NCBI GenBank assembly: GCA_963788195.1
Contig: CAWBGA010000017.1
Location: 32,001 to 96,000 of the forward strand
Direction: 5' to 3'
Source: Nitrospirota bacterium
GTDB lineage: Bacteria > Nitrospirota > Nitrospiria > Nitrospirales > NS-4
DNA: 64,000 nucleotides
Shown: in pieces, positions 35,088 through 45,227 of the stretch
Position numbering within the stretch: the first letter of the stretch is position 1
Layout: every line of letters starts with the position of its first letter
Notes under the pieces: generated by a model
Told to the model about the DNA's origin: nothing
What the model saw: only the letters and a program-made list of their open reading frames with translations
Databases searched by the model: none
Position numbers and translations under genes: made by a program

Positions 35088-37181
35088 TCAGGAGGCAACT
35101 CTCTCGAGTACCGCATGGAGGTCCACTCCGGACGAAGACCGAAGAGGCGCCCAGAGATCTCCCAAGGCCTGGACACGTTTGGGCAGGGTTTTGATTGTGA
35201 AGTCTTGCGGCTCGAGGCCATCGTCTACTTCTTTCCAGGTTAAAGGCGCGGATGCCCCTGCGAATTCGCTGGCACGAGCGCTGTAAGCCGTCGCCAGTGT
35301 CTTGCCGCGAATGTTTTGAAGATAGTCTATGTATACCTTGCGGCCTCGGGCGCGCACCGCGCGCTCGACCGTAGCCAACTTCGGATGCTTGGCCGCCACC
35401 ATCGTCGCAATGATTTGACAAAACAGGCGGCCCGTTTCATAGGTGGTCCTTCGGGGTAACGGAATGTAGATGTGAAGCCCTGAGGCCCCCGAGGTCTTCG
35501 GAATGTTCGGGATACCGAATCGAACCAGCTCGTCGCGTATCCAACGGGCGACGTCAAGGACGCGGGCGAAGGCCACCCCCGGCATTGGATCCAAATCCAG
35601 AGCCGCGTAGTCCGCGAAGTCCGGCGATGCAACCCGCGAGAACCAGGGGTCCTGGGAAATCACTCCGAGCTGCGCCATGTACAAAAGGGTGATGAGAGAC
35701 CCGCCAATCAGTCGGCTGGGAACTTCCGTGTCGCCTGGCAGCACTTCGACACGCACATGTGGTGGAACTTCTTGGGGGGCGCGTTGCTGGTAAAAGGCGG
35801 GCCTTCTGACTCCATTAGGAAAGCGCTTCATGACAACCGGCCGCTCATCCACAAGAGGCAGCAGCACGGAAGCTACACGCACGTAGTAGCGCATGAGATC
35901 GCCCTTGGTCAGTTTCACGCCGGGCCAGAATATCTTCTTGAGATTGCTGACGGGTAGCTGCCGTCCGCCGGGGAGCTGGAGCGTGCCGTGTCCCTTCCCT
36001 CCTTCAAGCTCGTCTAGGTCATGAACGAGGCGATCGATGTCGGGCGTGGCGTGCGATGCCACCCCCTGCTTCAGGGGACCGTGGGCCTGGCGAACGATGC
36101 CCGCACAGCCTCGAGCCGTGGACGCCAGATGCAATTTCGGCGTAGGCTCGCGATGTACAGTCTGCGGCGCCACATCTTCTCGTAGTCCTAAGTAGGTTGG
36201 GTGCCGGAGTTTGGCGTCCGCCGTCCACTCCGTAAACTTAATTTCCGCGACCAGATTCGGAGCCGTCCAATGAGGCCGCTCGTTGGTTTTAGGCCGGTGT
36301 TCAAAAGGACACGCAGGAGTTTCGATCTTCCGCAACAGCGCATAGACGCGCGCGAGCTCGGCATGGTTGAAACCAGTGCCGGTATGACCAACATATTGTA
36401 GTGCCCCATCCTTGTAGACCCCAAGTAACAGCGCCCCGAAAAGGGGTCGCGAGTCACGCGGCTCTGTCCAGCCGCCAATCACGAACTCCTGGCGTCTCAC
36501 GAGCTTCAACTTCCGCCAGTCGGGACTCCGACGGCCTGCGCGATAAGGCGATTCCGCCCTCTTGGCGATGAGGCCTTCCCAACCCTGGGTCAATGCAGTC
36601 TCAAAGAGAGTTCGGCCGTCCCCTGGGACAAACTCACTGAGGCGCAAAGCGTCCCCGCCTGCGGATCCGACGATTCTCTCCAACCGCGCTCGTCGAGTCG
36701 TGAGCGGTAAGCCCCGCAGATCTTCGGGGCCATCGCGCAGTACGTCGAACACGATTAGAGCCACTCTGGTGGCCTGCACTCCTGCAGGTGCTGTTTCCGG
36801 TCGCTCAGTGAGGTGGATACGGCCCTGTAGCTGCTGGAAACCCGCCGGCACACCTTTTTCATCGAGAGCGACGATTTCGCCGTCTAGTAGGACAGGAGCC
36901 TTGAGATTTCGTCGGAAACGATTAAGCGGTCGCACGAGCTCCGGAAATTGTGTCGTCTTTTCATTCCCCAGTCGAGACCAGATGCGCACCCCGCCCGCTT
37001 GGCTTCCCGGCAGAACTTCCACGAGCGCCCGGATGCCATCATACTTCGGTTCATAGACCAGCTGAGGGTCACACAGAGAGGCCTCCTCCAGCGCCGCGAG
37101 CATCGGGCGGACGTCCGAGGCCTGTTCCTGCCAGGGCGAAATTGAAACGGACGAAGTGCGCGGCGGTCGTAGCTGCGGCAC
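35088..37181 (-). CDS. ligD: DNA ligase D (ATP-dependent ligase plus primase/polymerase domain)
   Basis: EPKYDG, DGEIVA, EGLIAK, LRHP; polymerase domain with RFPNG, DLDP, KTSG..GLH, IDYLQN. Confidence 0.92.
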   Translation of the reverse strand: MPQLRPPRTSSVSISPWQEQASDVRPMLAALEEASLCDPQLVYEPKYDGIRALVEVLPGSQAGGVRIWSRLGNEKTTQFPELVRPLNRFRRNLKAPVLLDGEIVALDEKGVPAGFQQLQGRIHLTERPETAPAGVQATRVALIVFDVLRDGPEDLRGLPLTTRRARLERIVGSAGGDALRLSEFVPGDGRTLFETALTQGWEGLIAKRAESPYRAGRRSPDWRKLKLVRRQEFVIGGWTEPRDSRPLFGALLLGVYKDGALQYVGHTGTGFNHAELARVYALLRKIETPACPFEHRPKTNERPHWTAPNLVAEIKFTEWTADAKLRHPTYLGLREDVAPQTVHREPTPKLHLASTARGCAGIVRQAHGPLKQGVASHATPDIDRLVHDLDELEGGKGHGTLQLPGGRQLPVSNLKKIFWPGVKLTKGDLMRYYVRVASVLLPLVDERPVVMKRFPNGVRRPAFYQQRAPQEVPPHVRVEVLPGDTEVPSRLIGGSLITLLYMAQLGVISQDPWFSRVASPDFADYAALDLDPMPGVAFARVLDVARWIRDELVRFGIPNIPKTSGASGLHIYIPLPRRTTYETGRLFCQIIATMVAAKHPKLATVERAVRARGRKVYIDYLQNIRGKTLATAYSARASEFAGASAPLTWKEVDDGLEPQDFTIKTLPKRVQALGDLWAPLRSSSGVDLHAVLERVAS

Positions 37182-37344
37182 GTCATGTTCTCGCGTGATG
37201 ACTCTAGGTCACGCTAACGGCTCACACCCTAGCTGTCAAGATAGCTCACGAAGGAAAAGCCTAGCGGAAGGGTCAGTAACGAGCTGAGGAGGGCCGCGCT
37301 CCCAGCGAGCGCGGCCCGGACTGCATCAATCCTGCAAAAATAAC

Positions 37345-37674
37345 TTAGAAGCGGCCGCCCCGATCACTCCTGCCGCCTCCGCCGCCCCCGCCACCGCCAA
37401 AGCGCGAGCCACCGGCAGACCGGTTTTCTTGGGGTTTGGCCTCATTCACGGTCAATGACCGCCCGTCCAACTGAGTGCCGTTGAGCGCGGTAATGGCCTT
37501 CTTGGCCTCTTCCGGCGAGGACATCTCCACAAATCCGAACCCCCGTGACTGCCCCGTATACTTGTCCGTGATGACTTTCGCCGAGACGACGGTCCCATGC
37601 TGCGTGAACAGATCCTGAAGCTGCTGTTCTGTGATAGCATAAGGCAATCCGCCGACGTATAACTTAGCGCTCAT
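37345..37674 (-). CDS. RRM RNA-binding protein with Gly-rich tail
   Basis: KLYVGGL (RNP2), RGFGFVEM (RNP1). Confidence 0.93.
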   Translation of the reverse strand: MSAKLYVGGLPYAITEQQLQDLFTQHGTVVSAKVITDKYTGQSRGFGFVEMSSPEEAKKAITALNGTQLDGRSLTVNEAKPQENRSAGGSRFGGGGGGGGGRSDRGGRF

Positions 37675-38025
37675 ACTTCCTCCTGTCTATGAATTGACAT
37701 TGTCTTGAGGATACTGGAAAGAGCGGGAATGACAGCCGGGACGGGTAGCACTCGCCGGACACACTGACTTCCGTGCAGATTCCTTGCCGCAAGGCAACAT
37801 CGGGTACAAGGGCCTTCAGTTCATCGCCACCCCCGCCCCACAGAGGCGGCTTCTGACAACTACCATACACAGAATAAAAAATGCAAGCACCCCGGGCGGC
37901 CGACCCGCTTAGGACCTCTTTCCGATCGTTTTCTTCCCTGGAAGAACTGCCAACCCATCTCTGGTGCTTCCCCTGATCCACAACGGTCCGGCGTAGGCAA
38001 AGTGGTTCTCTGGAAAGTTGTCGTC

Positions 38026-38069
38026 CTGGAGCCGGCGAGTGGGATTGAACCACCGACCTGCTGATTACG
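38026..38069 (-). repeat. 44-bp direct repeat of the tRNA-Thr 3' half (att site)
   Basis: Identical to 41116-41159 (anticodon loop through CCA). Confidence 0.95.
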
Positions 38070-38378
38070 TACTGGTTCAAGGGCCAAGTCTCTCACGGAT
38101 TTGGCCCGTTACCTATGCAGGCTGCTGCAACAGACAGCAGATTTTTCGCAATACCCGCAAGTATCCGCAACCGGTATCCCTCCCAACAAACGATAGCGAG
38201 AGCACAGTCCGCGCCTCCTTTTGATCCCCAAGGGGAGAGATCTGTGTTCTCAAACGCTATAACTTTTTACGGAAGCAGCCAGAATCCGCGCCATGGCATC
38301 GTAGTATGCGGGAAACGTGCAGCTTCTTCGAAGGTTTAGTTGGGCATCGGCGTCGCCCCTGCTCAAAGCACATATCAT

Positions 38379-39611
38379 TCACAGCGTACTTCGATCGTGC
38401 CGAGATATATTGGTACTACATCCGTAGGTATGATCAAGCACTTCATGGTACATCTTAACCATGTCCTTTGTGCGATGTTGGGGGGAAAAGGCCCGGATCA
38501 CATGCTCTTTTCCCAAAGCTTCTCCTTGGCTGCGCCAGTCGTCATTGCGGCACACTTTGATAATGATTTCTGTCAGGGCAGGAGCATTCCCTGACGGGAC
38601 AAGGTATTGCGATAGTGCTCCTTGCATGACTTCTGGAATACCCCCGACACATGTTGCGACAACGGCCTTTCCATACAATAGCGCCTCGAGCAACACATTC
38701 GGCAGTCCCTCACTTAACGACGGAATCACCACCAGATCGACTGCTGCATACACGGGCGCAATATCAGTACAATGTCCTGCAAAGGACACATGTTGACTGA
38801 GTCCTTGCCTCCTGACCTTTTTTTGTAATTGGGACCTTTGAGGTCCATCACCAATAAATACTGCGTGGCTCTCAGGAATCCGACGCACGATAGCCGCAAA
38901 CGCATCCAGAAAAATGTCGTGTCCTTTTTCACGACTCAAACGTCCAATGACCCCTATCAAAAACCGTTGCGACAATTGCAGATACTGATTGCGAAAGGAG
39001 ACTCCTGAGCCACAGGGGTAATCTAGTGGATCTATAGCATTATGGATCACGCGGATGCGATCTGGACAGACTCCTGTCTGTTGCAGCATGTGACCGGTCG
39101 CTTGCGAGACGGCCACGACAGCATTTGCCCTTTTCATGAGCCATTTATCTAGGTGTGTATATACGTCAATGTTCAGGTTTTCATCGGTATAGCCATGTGC
39201 AAATGCCACCCAGTGACAGGGTATCATCTTGCGAAGAATCCACGAGACCAGTGCGGGCTTATAGCTATGAGATTCCAGTATATTAACGCCCCATGCTTGC
39301 ACCATACGCTTTATCCGAAAAATGGTGCTTATATCACTTCGTCCTTGTTGGCGGATGATTTCGACATGAAAACCACGACGTCTGGCTTCGTCGATTGCTG
39401 GTGTCGTCTGAAAGCCAGGCAGCAAAAACATCCCTATGATGAAACGAACGTTCAGATCTTTAGCATGGCTGATTACCTGGTATAACTCACGGCAGGGACC
39501 ACTGACCTCATTCGCTGCGATTAATGCTAACACTGTTGGTATTGTCGTTCTCTTCTTCATGACAGGACCCACCGCGATTGTACTGAGGATGGAGCGTAGC
39601 CGTCCTGCCAT
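38379..39611 (-). CDS. GT4 family glycosyltransferase
   Basis: IGRLSREKG, PSLSEGLPNVLLEA, VGGIPE; start position uncertain. Confidence 0.9.
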   Translation of the reverse strand: MAGRLRSILSTIAVGPVMKKRTTIPTVLALIAANEVSGPCRELYQVISHAKDLNVRFIIGMFLLPGFQTTPAIDEARRRGFHVEIIRQQGRSDISTIFRIKRMVQAWGVNILESHSYKPALVSWILRKMIPCHWVAFAHGYTDENLNIDVYTHLDKWLMKRANAVVAVSQATGHMLQQTGVCPDRIRVIHNAIDPLDYPCGSGVSFRNQYLQLSQRFLIGVIGRLSREKGHDIFLDAFAAIVRRIPESHAVFIGDGPQRSQLQKKVRRQGLSQHVSFAGHCTDIAPVYAAVDLVVIPSLSEGLPNVLLEALLYGKAVVATCVGGIPEVMQGALSQYLVPSGNAPALTEIIIKVCRNDDWRSQGEALGKEHVIRAFSPQHRTKDMVKMYHEVLDHTYGCSTNISRHDRSTL

Positions 39612-39676
39612 AGCGGGTCAGCGTCACTCATACGAAGGCACTCTGTCAGATGCCCAGTGCCGGTTCATGTCCGCTA

Positions 39677-40486
39677 TCATGGACACCTTGGGGGAACTTC
39701 TGATTCTATGCTCGTTGGAAAGAAGCCATGAATGCCATAGCTCACCACGCCGGCGTTCGCGAGTGCATCGATAAGCTCAGGTGCAAGAAAGCGCGCATTG
39801 GGATCACGCTCGGCTCTGGCGCGTGATTCGACAAGGCAAAACTGTTCGGTTTCGGCGTCTGCGATTCCGAACGTGAAGAAAACAGAGAGCTTGGGTGCCT
39901 TACGCATGACTTGCCAATAGAGTTCCTTGATCTCAAGTCCGAGCTGCGGACGACGGAGTCTTCGGGTGATGCGATACAGTGCGTATTCCAGAAAGTCGGG
40001 AAATTGACCGGCATGAGTCAGACGTGGATCGAAGAAGACTATATCACCGGCTCGAGTTGGGACAGAAGTGATCTCGCCGGACATGAGCGAAGGTGATCGG
40101 TGCGAGGTCAGACGTACTTTCAATCCTCGTCCATCGGAGGTGTGATCCTGCAAATAGATACCGGTGCGACAAAGACGGAAATCGCAGACATCCTTGTGCC
40201 AGTCACCTAGCATGTTCATGTGGGCATCGCAATTGCCAGTAAACACTATCTGCGGCGTACCGAAGAGTTCGCGGAAGATGGCAAGGAGAGGCGGATGTTT
40301 GAAAATCCAGGAGATTCCAGGGATCTCTATCGCCGCGCTGGGTTGGTGTTTCCCGAGGTACTCAGGCACCCATCGTTGGGAGAAGTGTCCCAGCAGCGTC
40401 TCCCGTAAGCGTCCGATCTCCGTTGCACTGAGTACATTCTGCACAACGACATAGCCATCACGCTCTAGCATCTCTCTCCGTGTCAT
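39677..40486 (-). CDS. phytanoyl-CoA dioxygenase-like Fe(II)/2OG oxygenase
   Basis: DGYVVVQNVLS, WHKD (HxD), AGDIVFFD...THAG; preceded by an AAAGGAG SD. Confidence 0.8.
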   Translation of the reverse strand: MTRREMLERDGYVVVQNVLSATEIGRLRETLLGHFSQRWVPEYLGKHQPSAAIEIPGISWIFKHPPLLAIFRELFGTPQIVFTGNCDAHMNMLGDWHKDVCDFRLCRTGIYLQDHTSDGRGLKVRLTSHRSPSLMSGEITSVPTRAGDIVFFDPRLTHAGQFPDFLEYALYRITRRLRRPQLGLEIKELYWQVMRKAPKLSVFFTFGIADAETEQFCLVESRARAERDPNARFLAPELIDALANAGVVSYGIHGFFPTSIESEVPPRCP

Positions 40487-40499
40487 GTTGGGTCTCCTT

Positions 40500-40801
40500 T
40501 TACAAGGGAGGAGTCGGTGCGCAAGAACTTGCTCCGTTCACGGCGGATTGTGGCAGCAGTAGCATCAATCGTGTTCCTGAGATGGCTAGGCCTGATGTTA
40601 CTGGTTCCCCTCGGAAGGCACTGCCAACAAAACGACAATCCAGTGGCGAGATGGCTTCTGATGTCCCCCTCCTTGGGGCTGAGGGCCAAGGCAGAAATTC
40701 TCGCAGCATTGAGGGGAATTGTAGGACGCCGCCCAACATGCGGAGGACACCGCCGTGAGCAAACTAACAAGAATGAGAGACCTTACGAGTTGATCGCGCA
40801 T
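40500..40801 (-). CDS. possible small secreted Cys-containing protein (one frameshift assumed)
   Basis: MRDQLVRSLILVSLLTAVSSACWAAS resembles a signal peptide; joining at the G-run ~40670 gives a stop just before the oxygenase SD. Confidence 0.3.
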
Positions 40802-41116
40802 TCCTTTACCCCTATGCAAAAAAATGATAGCTGTGGCGCGCTCTTCTCCTCGTCGTGTGTAGTCGGAAAGCGGAACGCGGTAACGTAGGCAAAGCAGGCG
40901 GGGTTCGAAGGACCCTTCCCTGGTCTTTCAACGGCCTCCGTGCCGCATACATTGGATCAGGAATGGCGGAGGATTGCTCTGATCTTTGGGAGTATAACCA
41001 GTACTGGTTTCCCTGACGAAGAGTTTCTGAAAATCATCTGCGAGAACGCGTCTTAGACAAAGTGGGCGGAAGGAACGTCAGAGGAAAGCGTTGAGTGGCA
41101 AAGCTGTTGATTTGTC

Positions 41117-41191
41117 TGGAGCCGGCGAGTGGGATTGAACCACCGACCTGCTGATTACGAATCAGCTGCTCTACCACTGAGCTACGCCGGC
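41117..41191 (-). tRNA. tRNA-Thr(CGT)
   Basis: 75-nt cloverleaf GCCGGCG...CGCCGGC-T-CCA; anticodon loop TTCGTAA; T-loop TTCAATC. Confidence 0.97.
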
Positions 41192-41285
41192 TGCTGGCAA
41201 TACTGAAGAAACTTTCGCATCTTACGGAGAGGTTGTCAACGCCGGGTTGGCATGAGTCACGGGATGAACGCTACGAATTGGACGA

Positions 41286-42287
41286 TCAGGCCGAGTTGAT
41301 GTGTTGGGTACAGTTCTGAACCAGCGTTTGTCGGGGAGTGTCGAGCCGAACTCTGTCCAGGGCGAAGGAACTGGCCTCGATTTTCACAGTCGCCGCAAAT
41401 TCCAACGCCTTTTGAAACGCCTCGGTGAGCAGCGCCGCGATCTCCGCGGGCTCGAGTCCCAAGGCCGCTGTCGCCCTTCTCATAAACCCGTTGAAATCCT
41501 CGAGGAGCATTGGTGAATCGGTGGCGAAGAGATTCGCCGCGCAGCCGTTCGCGAGGTGCACAACGGCGTGGCGCCGGTCCGCCACGATCCACTCCGGTAT
41601 GGAGTCCCAATCAGGAATGGGCGCGATCAGGTCTTCCGGCAGCTGGTATGCCGTCGCGATAAGGACGGTAATGGCGTGCGGGCTTAATCCGGTTACTTGA
41701 AAATGCGCCTCTTCATACGGCAAACCTTCCTCGCGAGCGACAAGAGCGATCTCCCTGAACGTCACGGGCAGATACGACGCCAGCGCGAATTCCCCGAGGC
41801 TTTCCAGCAACGCACATGTGAAGAGTGCTTCCGGATCAGGCAATCGAACGGCTACGCCCAGCGCGCTTGCCTGATGTGCCGCCACGAAGGCTTTGGCCAA
41901 CAGCCGATGAAGATTCACGCCCGTTACCTGGCGCTTGTGCGCGAACTCTACATACTCCGCGGCCAGGGCGATGTCACGAGTGGTCGCATAGCCGATTTGA
42001 AGAATCGCCCGAGTAATCGTCGTAATCTTGTCCCCCTTGCGCCGATAGTATGCGCTGTTGGCCACATTCAAGATCCTCGCCATGAACGCCTGATCTTTGC
42101 GGATCGCGTCGGCAATGATGTCGACGTCGCTGTGCTTGGAGGAGAGCAGCGCAATGACCTTCGCCGAGGTCTGACGGATGACAGGGAGATTGTGCCCTGC
42201 AAGCTTCGCAGTCAGCGTCGAGCAAAGGGCAGCGGCATCAGACATTCGATCGAGACTCCGGGTGTCCGTACTTAGTATATCTGACAA
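41286..42287 (-). CDS. stand-alone HDOD domain protein
   Basis: LPV, D.AFMARILNVANSAYY, ITTITRAILQIG. Confidence 0.85.
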   Translation of the reverse strand: MSDILSTDTRSLDRMSDAAALCSTLTAKLAGHNLPVIRQTSAKVIALLSSKHSDVDIIADAIRKDQAFMARILNVANSAYYRRKGDKITTITRAILQIGYATTRDIALAAEYVEFAHKRQVTGVNLHRLLAKAFVAAHQASALGVAVRLPDPEALFTCALLESLGEFALASYLPVTFREIALVAREEGLPYEEAHFQVTGLSPHAITVLIATAYQLPEDLIAPIPDWDSIPEWIVADRRHAVVHLANGCAANLFATDSPMLLEDFNGFMRRATAALGLEPAEIAALLTEAFQKALEFAATVKIEASSFALDRVRLDTPRQTLVQNCTQHINSA

Positions 42288-42311
42288 TGAGCTGTTTTAG
42301 GTAAGGGAATC

Positions 42312-44237
42312 TTACTGGCGTAGTTTAGCTAAGGGGAAAGAGCCGACCGGACCATCAAGATCTACCTCAGGAACCACCGCCAACTGCATCGCCGGGAGCG
42401 GTGCGGCGGCGGCGGACCCGCGGCTTCGCATATAGTTTAATGCTTCTCCCAGATCCACCCAGCCGTCTGCATTCGCATCCCCATGGCCGCGAATGGCCTT
42501 TAAAAAATGGTACGTAAACAAGCCGTGTTGTGTGGCTTCGGAGGACACACCCGCCGAGTCGACTGCAGAGGAAGCCACCACCACGATTCTCCCCTTGGTC
42601 TGGAGTTTTCCATCCAGCCAGACAAGGCGTTTCGGGGACTCTTCCGCGGAGGCTTTCGGCGATGGAAACGACAGATCGGCAAAAATGAGTTTAAGCCGGG
42701 AAGGCAAGCGGTTAAGTACTTCTTCGAGGTGCTTGATTGAATACCCTTCGGAGGTTCCGTTCGCGACTGCGCCCTCATACGGCAAGAGCACCGGCACGCC
42801 GGCATCGGTCCTGGCGGCGTTTCCGACGAGATACACAAATAAGATGCCGGAGGAATGCGCCTTTTGAGGGAGCCAGTTTTCGAACGTTTTGTTGAGGTCG
42901 CCGGCGAGAGCGTGATCATCCGTGAGCACCCGGACATTCTCAACCGGAAAACCCGCGACGCTGCTTAGATACTTCGCCACCACCTCCGCATCCCGCTTGG
43001 CGTACTTCACCCCGGGCACGCCCGGGTCTCGATAGTTCCCGATTCCCACGACGACCGCGTAGGAGGTGCGGCGCTCAAAGCCCGGGACTTTCGCGGGAAT
43101 CTGATCAACATCAACCGAAAGCACTTCAACGGATTCTTCCGGCCCCTTTATCCCGCGTGCGGGTTGGACACTCGCTACAAAACGCTTTCGCGTGGGTACG
43201 CTATAACCATTTGCCTCCGTGACCTGCACCACAAGCTCCGCCTGCTGGTCTGCCAGCGAAGTCGATAACGTCGACGAGATGGCCACCTGTTTCCTTTCAC
43301 CAGGCTCAATATCTCCAAGCAATGTCGGCGTCGTAAACTCCTTCACCAACGCAGGCGTACCCGACAACGCCACTGCGACGGCCCGGGCGACGCCGGGGCC
43401 GCTGTTCGACACGTCGACACGGACGACAACCTTTTCCCCTCCCTCCAGCACTTGGTTTCGATTGGCATCCTCCAGGGAAGCACGAAAGCTCAACCCGGGC
43501 GCCTCCGCGCTATTCGGGACAGCGGCACCGGCCCCGGGTGGTCTGCCTGCAGCGAGCAACTCTTCACGGGTGCGCCGCCTAATCGCTGCATCGCGGATTC
43601 TCACCGACTGTGTCAGGCTATCGACTTCCCGATCGGAGAGCTTCTCGATCGATTCCGTTACCGGCAGCATAATGCCTTGCACGGCGCAGTCCTGACCGTC
43701 CGTTCGCGCCGTCCATTTGCCTTCACCCTTGATCGGCTCGTCGAACAACACCTTGCCTTCTGAATCAGTGACTCTGATTCGCAACCGCAGCAAGACTTTC
43801 AAGGGATATTCGCCGATTTCGCGGCGGGGGATATGGAGGTCCAATTCGCCGGTCTCGAGAGCCGCCGTCAACACCGCGTCGGCTGGGTCCTTGTCGCTCG
43901 CATCCATAGTCTTCTCAAACACCTGCGCCGCATCTGCTTTGAGCTGATCCGCGAGCCGCTCGCCTACAGGGATGGCTTGCGGCACATTGCACGAATCTTT
44001 ATAGAATAACTTCGCCTGCTTCAGCGCATCCGGAATCTCAATTTTGACGGTGAGCGGAATACTGGGCTTTTTCGGCTCCTCGGACATAAACTCCAACCGC
44101 GGGAATACAAGTTTCTGTCCGCATCCCACGATTCCAAAACCGATGATGATGACAAGGCTGATCGCTCGCCATGCTGTGAGCCGAGACACACGCAGGCCGG
44201 ATCTTCGGGGAAAGAAGGCGAGCAGAGAAATGATCAT
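42312..44237 (-). CDS. lipoprotein with Ig-like domain and C-terminal caspase-like (C14) domain, probably inactive
   Basis: Lipobox IVGC; AVVVGIGNY, YAKRDA, HGLFTYHFLKAIRG, D.NADG; catalytic positions read GNA and DLS. Confidence 0.8.
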   Translation of the reverse strand: MIISLLAFFPRRSGLRVSRLTAWRAISLVIIIGFGIVGCGQKLVFPRLEFMSEEPKKPSIPLTVKIEIPDALKQAKLFYKDSCNVPQAIPVGERLADQLKADAAQVFEKTMDASDKDPADAVLTAALETGELDLHIPRREIGEYPLKVLLRLRIRVTDSEGKVLFDEPIKGEGKWTARTDGQDCAVQGIMLPVTESIEKLSDREVDSLTQSVRIRDAAIRRRTREELLAAGRPPGAGAAVPNSAEAPGLSFRASLEDANRNQVLEGGEKVVVRVDVSNSGPGVARAVAVALSGTPALVKEFTTPTLLGDIEPGERKQVAISSTLSTSLADQQAELVVQVTEANGYSVPTRKRFVASVQPARGIKGPEESVEVLSVDVDQIPAKVPGFERRTSYAVVVGIGNYRDPGVPGVKYAKRDAEVVAKYLSSVAGFPVENVRVLTDDHALAGDLNKTFENWLPQKAHSSGILFVYLVGNAARTDAGVPVLLPYEGAVANGTSEGYSIKHLEEVLNRLPSRLKLIFADLSFPSPKASAEESPKRLVWLDGKLQTKGRIVVVASSAVDSAGVSSEATQHGLFTYHFLKAIRGHGDANADGWVDLGEALNYMRSRGSAAAAPLPAMQLAVVPEVDLDGPVGSFPLAKLRQ

Positions 44238-44343
44238 TCCAGAGGATGGCTTATACAGTATATATTGCGTTCAAGGCAAGAGAGGTCGTACGCACTGCGC
44301 GTGCGACATTGACCACGTCTGTTGAAGCCGCTAGCATCGCGAA

Positions 44344-45219
44344 ATGCGCCGCCAATCGTATTCGACCGCGTGGACCGACGTCGCGGAATTGATCCGACTT
44401 CGCAATCAGACGGGTTCGCTGCTGCTGTTGTTCCCGACGCTCTGGGCATTGGTCCTCGCCGCCGGTGGCCGGCCGTCGCTGTCGCTCGTTCTGATTTTTA
44501 TCACCGGCACTTTTTTGATGCGAAGCGCCGGCGTCACCATTAATGATTGGTGGGATCGTGACCTGGACCGTCAGGTGGATCGGACACGACTGCGTCCTCT
44601 CGCAGCCGGCCGCCTTTCTTCATTCACGGCCCTCACCATTTTCACTCTGTTAATCCTCGCGGCCGTGGGCCTGCTCTTGCTGCTCAATCCCCTGACCGTC
44701 TCTCTAGCGCCTGTCGCTCTGCTCCTGGCGGTCTTCTACCCGCTCGCCAAGCGCTTGCTGCCGATCCCCCAGGCCGTTTTGGGAGCCGCGTTCGGATGGG
44801 GAGCGATTATGGCGTGGGCGGCGGTTCGCAACGAGGTCGAGTGGCCGGCCGTCGGTGTGTTCGCCGCCACGATCTGCTGGGCGATTGGCTATGATACCAT
44901 TTACGCGCTTCAGGACAGAGAGGATGACAGCCGTGTCGGCATCCACTCCAGCGCCCTGTACTTCGGAAAACGCGTCTGGCTGGCGGTGCTCCTTATGCTC
45001 CTCGCCACGGTGGGCATACTTGCCGTTGTCGGAGCCGCCCTCGGACTGGGCGCACCCTTCCACGTCGCCCTCATTGGAGCCACCCTCTGGTTTGTCTATC
45101 AGGCCAAGAAAGTACGACAGGGCGTCTCCCGCAGCGAGGCGTTTGCGCTCTTCAAACAGCATGTTTGGATCGGCGCATTGATTCTATGCGGCATATGGGG
45201 TGGCTTACTGGTCTCCTAA
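44344..45219 (+). CDS. ubiA: 4-hydroxybenzoate polyprenyltransferase
   Basis: NDWWDRDLDRQVDRT..RPL, YDTIYALQDREDD. Confidence 0.92.
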   Translation: MRRQSYSTAWTDVAELIRLRNQTGSLLLLFPTLWALVLAAGGRPSLSLVLIFITGTFLMRSAGVTINDWWDRDLDRQVDRTRLRPLAAGRLSSFTALTIFTLLILAAVGLLLLLNPLTVSLAPVALLLAVFYPLAKRLLPIPQAVLGAAFGWGAIMAWAAVRNEVEWPAVGVFAATICWAIGYDTIYALQDREDDSRVGIHSSALYFGKRVWLAVLLMLLATVGILAVVGAALGLGAPFHVALIGATLWFVYQAKKVRQGVSRSEAFALFKQHVWIGALILCGIWGGLLVS

Positions 45220-45227
45220 CTTGACCT

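Larger units (their letters stand above)
38070..41115. mobile_element. tRNA-Thr-integrated genomic islet, no integrase visible
   Basis: Flanked by the intact tRNA and its duplicated 3' half; partly AT-richer than the flanks. Confidence 0.8.

Noticed and set aside
38026..38069. Second tRNA-Thr gene
   Set aside because: Only the 3' half is present; no D-arm or 5' acceptor strand.
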